Shown: in pieces, positions 56,366-63,483 of the stretch | Layout of the letters: every line of letters starts with the position of its first letter | Numbering within the stretch: position 1 is the stretch's first letter | Source: an uncultured Porphyromonas sp. | GTDB taxonomy: Bacteria; Bacteroidota; Bacteroidia; Bacteroidales; Porphyromonadaceae | Length of the DNA stretch: 63,483 nucleotides | Assembly: GCA_900546675.1 (NCBI GenBank) | Contig: URDQ01000001.1 | Location: 1 to 63,483 of the forward strand | Reading direction: 5' to 3' | The notes under the pieces: generated by a model | What the model was told of the DNA's origin: nothing | The model's database searches: none | What the model saw: the letters and a program-made list of their open reading frames with translations, nothing else | Made by a program: the position numbers and the translations under genes

Positions 56366-56911
56366 TTACTCTTCATCTACGATGCTAAAGCTGTCACTGG
56401 AGAGTTCGTCAGCGTTAAAGAGCTCCTCATCGAAGGCTTCGTCCATCATACCTAGTGGAGTGTCGATAGAGAGTATGTCACCGTCCAAACCTCCGACAAA
56501 CTCATCGGGATTAGTCTGTCGGGGCTTTTTGCCCTCTAGAGAGATGATCTGGGGACTAGACAGCGAGCCACTGTGTATCTTGACCAGCTGAAGGCGTAGA
56601 TAGCGATCCTCAAAGAAGTCATAGAGATAACGCATCCGAGCACCTGTATCGTCGAGTAGATCCTCTAGACGTGTCTTTTCGATCTCATATTGATTGCCAG
56701 CATCGCTCTCGAAGAAGTCGCTGTGGGCTACTTGGCCTACATTTTGCCAGCGATCATCGCAGATGTAAAACATACCAATCGATGCTGGATCAAAGTCTAG
56801 CGTGTCGATCAGCAAATCCATAAGCTGAGCAAAAGTGGCATCAGCTTGTATCTCAAAGTCTAGAGAGAAGGTCACCTCCCTCTCGGAGCTTACGTGATAG
56901 TGATGTATCAT
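56366..56911 (-). CDS. Conserved acidic protein (pRiA4b ORF3/TnpR-like family)
   Basis: FYICDDRW, YLYDFFEDR and an acidic tail. Embedded in a housekeeping operon. Confidence 0.7.
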   Translation of the reverse strand: MIHHYHVSSEREVTFSLDFEIQADATFAQLMDLLIDTLDFDPASIGMFYICDDRWQNVGQVAHSDFFESDAGNQYEIEKTRLEDLLDDTGARMRYLYDFFEDRYLRLQLVKIHSGSLSSPQIISLEGKKPRQTNPDEFVGGLDGDILSIDTPLGMMDEAFDEELFNADELSSDSFSIVDEE

Positions 56912-56953
56912 AAAAGGAATCTCGTGCCGTGTGACTAAAATGACTATGCCAAA

Positions 56954-57577
56954 CTAACCTCTACGTACTAGGTTGAAAAACTCTTCGCGAGTCTTCGACT
57001 CTTTGAAAGCTCCCGTGAAGTCGCTCGTCGTGGTGAGCGAGTTTTGCTTTTGAACCCCACGCATCTGCATACACATATGCTGAGCTTCGATGACGACGAT
57101 GACACCTAGTGGTGAGAGTGCCTGCTGAATGCAGTCTTTGATCTGTGTGGTCAGTCGCTCCTGCACCTGCAGGCGACGGGCGAAGACCTCGACGATACGA
57201 GGTATCTTGCTTAGTCCCGTGATGTACTTGTTGGGGATGTAGCCCACATGCACCTTACCAAAGAAAGGTAGCATATGATGCTCGCAGAGGGAGTAAAAGT
57301 CTATATCCCGCACGATGACCATCTGCTGGTAATCCTCTCTAAATGTGGCTGCACGTAGGATCGCTAAGGGATCTTCCTGATAGCCCTTGGTGAGGAAGTG
57401 AAAGGCCTTCGACACTCGCTCGGGAGTCTTGAGTAGCCCTTCACGAGTTGGGTCTTCGCCTAGCTCTGTGATGAGTGCCTTGACGTGCTCTTTCATCCTC
57501 TCTAGCTGTGCTTCAGGGAGAAAGTCGTTGACCTCGTAGTTTTGATTGGTATGTAGTTTCTGCTGGGACTCTTCCAT
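56954..57577 (-). CDS. folE: GTP cyclohydrolase I
   Basis: [31 protein letters not shown] and HMCMQMRG. Confidence 0.97.
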   Translation of the reverse strand: MEESQQKLHTNQNYEVNDFLPEAQLERMKEHVKALITELGEDPTREGLLKTPERVSKAFHFLTKGYQEDPLAILRAATFREDYQQMVIVRDIDFYSLCEHHMLPFFGKVHVGYIPNKYITGLSKIPRIVEVFARRLQVQERLTTQIKDCIQQALSPLGVIVVIEAQHMCMQMRGVQKQNSLTTTSDFTGAFKESKTREEFFNLVRRG

Positions 57578-57644
57578 GTATGTAAGATGGGTTTCAAAAA
57601 AGGAGTGTTGATGATAAGTCTATGGAAACTGTCACGAGAGGTTT

Positions 57645-58115
57645 TTAGCGCACACGTACTTTCTCCCGCACGATGTACGCTTCTCGCATTAGTCGTGGGT
57701 GAGAGGTGCGCAGGGCGTTGAGCTGTTGCTGAGCTTCTTGACGTGACGTGTAGTCGCCAACGGATAGTCGCCAAAAGGGTGCGCTATAAGTGACATAAGA
57801 AGAGAGTTCAGGCGCTGCTCTCCTTAGCTGACCAGCTAAGCGATAGGCCTCCTGTTTGGCTCCGCGCATATTGCTTGTGTAGACCTGTATGCGATACCCT
57901 GTGATGATACTCCCTGGGGTGTGAAAGGTCTTGCCTACGAGAGCGCGTAGCCAGTTGGGCTGGGTGATTGTTACCTGGCCTCCACTGGTTTGTGTCGTTA
58001 TTTGGGCAAAGATGTTCTGCCCTTGAGTGCGCTCCTGCGCTACAAGCGAGCCTGAGAGTAGGGTCACACTCAAGAGTAGGACGAGCAAATGCCTGATGGG
58101 CGCTAGAAGCCTCAT
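57645..58115 (-). CDS. SPOR-domain protein
   Basis: Signal peptide, GYRIQVY and APFWRLSVGDY. Confidence 0.88.
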   Translation of the reverse strand: MRLLAPIRHLLVLLLSVTLLSGSLVAQERTQGQNIFAQITTQTSGGQVTITQPNWLRALVGKTFHTPGSIITGYRIQVYTSNMRGAKQEAYRLAGQLRRAAPELSSYVTYSAPFWRLSVGDYTSRQEAQQQLNALRTSHPRLMREAYIVREKVRVR

Positions 58116-58876
58116 TTGTTTGCTGTGATAATGGGTAAGAATGTATCAGCCTTGAGGGCAGCTCCTCCGATGAGTCCGCCATCGACATCGGACTGTGAGA
58201 AGAGCGCCTCAGCGTTTGAAGCCTTACAACTACCTCCGTAGAGGATAGTGGTGAGGTCTGCGAGCTTCTTGTCAAAGAGCGATGCCACCGTCTGGCGGAT
58301 GTGCTGGTGCATCTCTTGCGCTTGCTCTGGTGTTGCCGTCAAGCCTGTGCCGATAGCCCATACAGGCTCGTAAGCGATGACTATCTGCTCCATCTGCTCG
58401 TGTGAGAGATGTCCTAAGGAACCACGTAGCTGCTCATCGACTACCTCGAAGTAGCGATTGCCCTCACGCTCAGCTTGCTGCTCACCAACGCAGAAGATGA
58501 CCTTCAGCCCATGAGCGAGAGCCTGATCGATCTTCTGAGCTAATAGCTCGGCACTCTCTTTGTGATAAGCACGACGCTCACTGTGACCGATGATGACGTA
58601 GGTGCAGCCACAAGAGCGTATCATCTCTGCAGATACCTCACCCGTGTAAGCTCCAGCATCGTGTGCCGAGCAGTCCTGTGCAGCATACTCGATGTTGCTC
58701 CCAGCGAGTAGCCCCTTCATCGCTCCCAAATGAATGTAGGGCGGAGCTAGGATCACCTTACAGGGATTGCTGAGCTTTGCCATCTGCTCTTTGATGTCAG
58801 TGATGAGCTGGAGCCCTGAGTCGAGGGTCATGTTCATCTTCCAGTTTCCAGCTACGATGAGTGTTCTCTTGTCCAT
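58112..58876 (-). CDS. tpiA: Triosephosphate isomerase
   Basis: AGNWKMN, GHSERR, AYEPVWAIGTG and YGGS. Confidence 0.98.
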   Translation of the reverse strand: MDKRTLIVAGNWKMNMTLDSGLQLITDIKEQMAKLSNPCKVILAPPYIHLGAMKGLLAGSNIEYAAQDCSAHDAGAYTGEVSAEMIRSCGCTYVIIGHSERRAYHKESAELLAQKIDQALAHGLKVIFCVGEQQAEREGNRYFEVVDEQLRGSLGHLSHEQMEQIVIAYEPVWAIGTGLTATPEQAQEMHQHIRQTVASLFDKKLADLTTILYGGSCKASNAEALFSQSDVDGGLIGGAALKADTFLPIITANK

Positions 58877-58890
58877 AATATGTGTATTGA

Positions 58891-60192
58891 TTATTTAGTC
58901 TTGATTTGATACTCGGAGTATTTAGCTTTGTCCTCCCACTGGATTCTTTGGATCAGCATAACAAGGCAAAAGACAATCCAAGTAGCGAGGAGTACCCATC
59001 GCTCTATGTGTAGTCCAGCGTGGGGTGCTTGTCGTAGTACGGAGGAGAGCTTTTCGTAATCCTTGTCTGTATACTCGTCAGGCAAGTCTCGAGCCGCTCT
59101 CTTGTCTAGGATGACTCCGTCAGATATAAGCATAACAGAGGGCTGAGCCCGTGCCATAGTCTTGATGGTTGTACCATCGCAAAAGTAAAGTGGGTAGGCG
59201 GCGGCTGTCTTATTGCGCCAGCGTCCGCGCTCTTCGGGTGTACTGCCAGAGATGCCGTACATAGCAATGCCGATAGACTCAGCCCACTCATAGAGTGCGT
59301 TGAGCTTGCGTCCTACCTGTATGGGAGTCGTCTCCCAGTTTGGCGTGATAACCCATATCTGCGGACTCTCATTGAGTAGCATCGTCTGGGTCACCTCTCG
59401 CTCTGTAGCTTGCTGAGAGCTGCCGCCTGCATAGATCGCAAAGTCCATAACGGGAGGTTTGTAGCCCTCCTTGATGACTCGCTCTTGGCGGTCAATGTAA
59501 GTCCATGTAGAGTCGGGGAGATCCTCCATATTGAACGTCTCCCGCAGTCCATTCTTCTCATAGATAAATAGGTACTCGACCTCCTCTTGAGGAGCGTTCT
59601 CAGGGATCATTGTTAGTTCTCGTAGCGAGGCTCCGATCTTGTATGGGCGAAAGTCTATTAGTGGCAGATGCCTTAGATTGCCTCCCACGAAAATGCCCCA
59701 GCCTAAGAGGAGTAAGGCCTCTGCCACAAATGCTGTTGTGCCTCGTAAAGGACGACTTGCTCTGCGATAGGTCAGGAGGTAAACTACCGTGATCGCCATA
59801 AAGAAGACGTTCTTACCAAAGGTCTGCCAATTGGTGAGCTTGAGCGCATCACCAAAGCACCCGCAATCGCTGATAGGGTTAAAGATCGCCAGGTAGAGCG
59901 TCAAGAGCGTCATTACGCCCATAAAGATGGTAGTAGCCCATGCTGTAATCCTCCTCCATAGTCCCATTAAGAGAAGCCCCCCAAGAAGAAACTCAAAGGA
60001 GCAGAGTGCGACCGAAAGGGCTGGAGCCATAGCCCTCAAGCTCCCCAGCCCCATCACTCTAAGGTACTCCTCTATCTTGATAGCACCTCCCATAGGGTCT
60101 ACCCCCTTGACAAATCCCGAGAAGAGTAGCAGAGCCACTAGTATGATGCGGGAGAGTTCGGATAGGATATATTGGGCTCGTTGACGGCTCAT
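58891..60192 (-). CDS. DoxX/MauE-like membrane protein (BT_3928 family)
   Basis: SGFVKGVDPMG, DCGCFGDA and DFRPYKIG. Sits between DUF1599 and tpiA. Confidence 0.82.
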   Translation of the reverse strand: MSRQRAQYILSELSRIILVALLLFSGFVKGVDPMGGAIKIEEYLRVMGLGSLRAMAPALSVALCSFEFLLGGLLLMGLWRRITAWATTIFMGVMTLLTLYLAIFNPISDCGCFGDALKLTNWQTFGKNVFFMAITVVYLLTYRRASRPLRGTTAFVAEALLLLGWGIFVGGNLRHLPLIDFRPYKIGASLRELTMIPENAPQEEVEYLFIYEKNGLRETFNMEDLPDSTWTYIDRQERVIKEGYKPPVMDFAIYAGGSSQQATEREVTQTMLLNESPQIWVITPNWETTPIQVGRKLNALYEWAESIGIAMYGISGSTPEERGRWRNKTAAAYPLYFCDGTTIKTMARAQPSVMLISDGVILDKRAARDLPDEYTDKDYEKLSSVLRQAPHAGLHIERWVLLATWIVFCLVMLIQRIQWEDKAKYSEYQIKTK

Positions 60193-60216
60193 AGGTTTAT
60201 CTATAAATGGAGTACA

Positions 60217-60759
60217 CTATACCTTGTCAAAGCGTAACTTAATCAGTGCAAAGATAGCATAGTTTATCATATCCTGGTAGTTAGCCGCTATGCCTTCGCT
60301 CACGAGGGTCTTACCAGCGAGGTCTTCGATCTCCTTGGTGCGGAAGATCTTCGTCAGTATGATGTCAGTTATCGAGCTAATGCGCATCTTGCGCCAAGCC
60401 TCGTCGTAGTCGTGGTTCTTATCGACCATCAGCTGGTAAGTCTCTTCGATGAGCTGATCGTATAGTTCGAGCGCCTCTTCGGACGATAGGTCGGGCTTGT
60501 CGCTCGGTATGCGCTCTAGCTGTATGAGACCGATGATACCATAGTTGACGATGCCGATATATTCGTTGTCTACATCTTCATCGACACGCTGCTCCGCCTT
60601 GGTCTCTAGGGATCGTATGCGTAGTGCCTTGATCATGATCTGATCTGTGAGTGAGGAGGGGCGTAGTATACGCCACGAAGCTCCATAGTCGTGTAGCTTT
60701 TTGGCAAAAAGCGCCCTACACTCTGCGACCACCTCCTGGTACTGCTGCTCTGTATTCAT
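60217..60759 (-). CDS. DUF1599 (nucleotide modification-associated) protein
   Basis: Duplicated KxxDYxxxWR…SxTD motif and NYQDMINY. Confidence 0.82.
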   Translation of the reverse strand: MNTEQQYQEVVAECRALFAKKLHDYGASWRILRPSSLTDQIMIKALRIRSLETKAEQRVDEDVDNEYIGIVNYGIIGLIQLERIPSDKPDLSSEEALELYDQLIEETYQLMVDKNHDYDEAWRKMRISSITDIILTKIFRTKEIEDLAGKTLVSEGIAANYQDMINYAIFALIKLRFDKV

Positions 60760-60787
60760 AGACTTTAAAGCTCTAGGGTGGAGGGGC

Positions 60788-63256
60788 TTAGTCGTTTAGC
60801 GCCAGGTCTAGCACCTCCTTGATCGTCTCTACATAGGAGAATGTCAAGCCCTCAATGTATATAGGCTTGATGTCTAGGATGTCCTTCTCATTCTCCTTGC
60901 TCAGGATTAGTGTCTTGACACCAGCTCGCTTGGCAGCTAAGATCTTCTCTTTGATACCTCCCACAGGGAGTACACGTCCTGTGAGCGTTATCTCTCCACT
61001 CATAGCGATGCGAGGCTTCACGGTGCGTCGGGTCAAGGTAGATACGAGCGATGTAGCCATCGTAATACCAGCGCTCGGACCATCCTTTGGAATAGCTCCC
61101 TCGGGAACGTGTAGGTGTATCTCTAGCTTGTCAAACGTATCTTCAGGTATCTCCAGTTCCTCACAATGTGCCTTGATATAGTCTAGAGCTATGACGGCAC
61201 TCTCCTTCATCACATCTCCTAGGTTGCCTGTGAGTGTCACCTTGCCCTCCTTACCACGATGTGTGGAGCTCTCGATGAAAAGTATCTCGCCACCCACCTC
61301 GGTCCATGCAAGCCCTGTGACGATGCCTGGCATACCAAAGTCTTGCCAGATGTCTCGTGTGTAGGGAGGTGTGCGTAGGTCTTGCTGTATGATCTCAGGG
61401 GTGATCTGTACGCTGTACTTCTGTCCCATAGCAACCCGCTTAGCCTGCTTGCGCATGAGTGCTGCGAGGCTCTTCTGCAGCGCTCTCACGCCACTCTCTC
61501 GAGTATAGCCCTCGATGAGATAGGTTAGGGCTGCAGTGTCTATGGCAAACTGCTCGCTCGTCAGTCCGTGTGCCTCCAGCTCCTTGGGTACTAGATGGCG
61601 ATGAGCTATCTCGACCTTCTCCTCCAGCAGATAGCCCGACACCTGTATCAGCTCCATACGATCTAGGAGCGGACGAGAGATGGTGCTGAGCGTATTGGCG
61701 GTAGCTATAAAGAGTACCTTGCTCAGGTCATAGTCTATATCTAGATAGTTATCGTGGAAGGCCACATTCTGCTCTGGGTCTAGCACCTCTAGAAGCGCAG
61801 CTGCGGGGTCACCCTTGTAGTCCGAAGAGATCTTGTCTATCTCATCTAGTACGAAGACCGGGTTGCTCGTGCCAGCTTTTTTGAGACTATCTATGATACG
61901 TCCGCACATAGCTCCTATGTAGGTACGTCGGTGTCCACGTATCTCAGCCTCATCGTGCAGACCTCCGAGGGAGATGCGCACATACTTACGTCCGAGGCTC
62001 TCAGCGATGCTCTTGCCTAGTGAAGTCTTACCCACTCCTGGAGGACCATAGAGACAGAGGATCGGGGACTTGAGATCGTTCTTGAGCTTGATGACTGCTA
62101 GATGCTCTAGGATACGCTCCTTGACACGCTCTAGGCCGAAGTGGTCACGATTCAGTACCTCCTCAGCATGCTGTAGGTCAAATTGATCCTGACTATACTC
62201 CTGCCACGGCAGGTCAAGCATCAGACGCAGGTATTGTAGCTGTATAGAGTACTCGGGAGCTTGTGTTGGGATGCGCTCCAGATTGCCCAGCTCACGGTCG
62301 AAGGTCTTCTGCACTGCTTCGCTCCACAGCTTCTTCGTAGCAGCCTCTCGTAGCTCTTCGATCGTTTGGTCGGCAAAGTCTCCCTCGCCCAGCTCCTCGC
62401 GAATGGTACGTATCTGCTGCTCTAGGAAGTGCTTGCGCTGCATCTCGTCCATGTCAGACTGGGTCTGCTTGGCGATCTTCTCATTGATCTGTACCAACTC
62501 GGTCGTCTGACGTACGTAGGTGATCAGCTCCATAACGAGATGCTTCGTGTCGGAGATCTTGAGGAGCTCCAGCTTAGCCCTAGGAGTTAGGGAGAGATAA
62601 GCTGCGGTAAAGTTGATCAGGAAGGGCAGATTGTTCTGAGCATTGAGTGCCTCGATAAAGTCCTCAGCACCCTCCATACGTCGTATTTTGACTAGTTCAA
62701 TCAGCTCATAGCGTAGCTTGTTGAAAGCGACAAAAAGCTCCGTATCCTTCGTCAGATCCCTTTCCGAACGAGGTAATGCGCGTGGAAACTCAACTCGGCA
62801 GCGCAGGTAAGGGTTCGTCTGTGTATAGGTGGTGGTCTGGATACGTATGATGCCTCGTATGATAGCTACGACGTTGTCTGGCGATGGGTGGATCACATCT
62901 TCGACCCAACATAGCACACCCTGCTTAGAGAGAGACTTTGGCGTGATGGAATCATCGGGCTCATCTACCATAGATGTTGTCGCAACGAGGTACTGCCCCT
63001 TGGATATCGCAATATTCACAGCGTCTATCTGCTTATCCTCAGTCAGCATAACAGCCTGTAAGACGCAGGGAAAGATGACGGCATTAAAGACAGGTAGCAC
63101 GGGATAGGTGCTTCCTAACAGTGGTGACAAAAGAGCGTCATGCTCATCGTCAAGTAGCTCATCTTCATCTATAACGCTGGGCAGGGGAATGGACATACCA
63201 CCAGAGCCTACATTAGGTAAGGATGTCTCTACAAAGTCGTAATTATCTTCTTTCAT
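60788..63256 (-). CDS. lon: ATP-dependent Lon protease
   Basis: GPPGVGKTS, LDEIDK, PKDGPSAG and GGIKEK. TATATTTG promoter at 63304-63311. Confidence 0.98.
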   Translation of the reverse strand: MKEDNYDFVETSLPNVGSGGMSIPLPSVIDEDELLDDEHDALLSPLLGSTYPVLPVFNAVIFPCVLQAVMLTEDKQIDAVNIAISKGQYLVATTSMVDEPDDSITPKSLSKQGVLCWVEDVIHPSPDNVVAIIRGIIRIQTTTYTQTNPYLRCRVEFPRALPRSERDLTKDTELFVAFNKLRYELIELVKIRRMEGAEDFIEALNAQNNLPFLINFTAAYLSLTPRAKLELLKISDTKHLVMELITYVRQTTELVQINEKIAKQTQSDMDEMQRKHFLEQQIRTIREELGEGDFADQTIEELREAATKKLWSEAVQKTFDRELGNLERIPTQAPEYSIQLQYLRLMLDLPWQEYSQDQFDLQHAEEVLNRDHFGLERVKERILEHLAVIKLKNDLKSPILCLYGPPGVGKTSLGKSIAESLGRKYVRISLGGLHDEAEIRGHRRTYIGAMCGRIIDSLKKAGTSNPVFVLDEIDKISSDYKGDPAAALLEVLDPEQNVAFHDNYLDIDYDLSKVLFIATANTLSTISRPLLDRMELIQVSGYLLEEKVEIAHRHLVPKELEAHGLTSEQFAIDTAALTYLIEGYTRESGVRALQKSLAALMRKQAKRVAMGQKYSVQITPEIIQQDLRTPPYTRDIWQDFGMPGIVTGLAWTEVGGEILFIESSTHRGKEGKVTLTGNLGDVMKESAVIALDYIKAHCEELEIPEDTFDKLEIHLHVPEGAIPKDGPSAGITMATSLVSTLTRRTVKPRIAMSGEITLTGRVLPVGGIKEKILAAKRAGVKTLILSKENEKDILDIKPIYIEGLTFSYVETIKEVLDLALND

Positions 63257-63393
63257 ATAAGCGATATCAACTATCTATTGCGCAAATCTGCTTGTATTGT
63301 TTGCAAATATACCACATTTATCCGACTAGGCGGGAGGGCGGAAGAGCTTCAGTCTAGGGTGACGCATAATCATCAAAGCCTCTCGCACGATAT

Positions 63394-63483
63394 CCACGTG
63401 GAGAATGCTAGATAGCTACGGAGGAAAAGAAAATTCTCCACGTAGGCGAGAAATAAAACTTCGGAGGAATCAAATGAAACTTC
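63394..63483 (+). repeat. Family A element, truncated by the window end
   Basis: Cores at 63395, 63417, 63439 and 63460. Shares GGCGAGAAATAAAACTTCGGAGGAA with the 42258 copy. Confidence 0.9.

Noticed and set aside
56366..56911. TnpR/pRiA4b-like gene and nearby radC as signs of a mobile element
   Set aside because: Both sit tightly within a housekeeping operon (folE-miaA-pfkA) with no transposase, inverted repeats or compositional shift.

Overview
A gene-dense core-chromosome segment of an anaerobic Bacteroidota, most likely a Porphyromonas of the asaccharolytica/uenonis type. That assignment is inferred from gene order, TAnnTTTG promoters, the T9SS genes porZ and plug, and CTAG-rich composition. 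It carries 46 credible protein genes: pepT, a HAD-hotdog thioesterase fusion, a TPR + beta-barrel pair, a four-gene 2-oxoacid:ferredoxin oxidoreductase operon, topA, truA, two tandem phosphoethanolamine-transferase-like genes, an LMW phosphatase, plsC, an M16 peptidase, rpsP, metK, a Fur-like gene, a TolC/MFP/RND pump with a PII-like partner, a GH3-family ligase, gyrA, pepC, porZ, rdgB, birA, dusB, rsmD, mutY, pfkA, radC, miaA, folE, tpiA and lon. It also has tRNA-Cys(GCA) and a SAM-II riboswitch ahead of metK. I saw no transposase, integrase, prophage, CRISPR-Cas or defence genes. The most unusual signal is intergenic. Three unrelated families of short palindromes (CCACGTGG, TTCC-N6-GGAA and AGTTCC...GAAACT) form arrays with the same ~22-bp period. 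A fourth array (GWGTAC-N5-CAGKA) has a 31-32-bp period, and GTAG-type REP/REPIN elements sit among them. Also notable are an intact but catalytically stripped EptA-like paralogue coupled to an active copy, and a visible antiterminator/terminator switch behind the SAM-II aptamer. All calls are by eye, without database searches.
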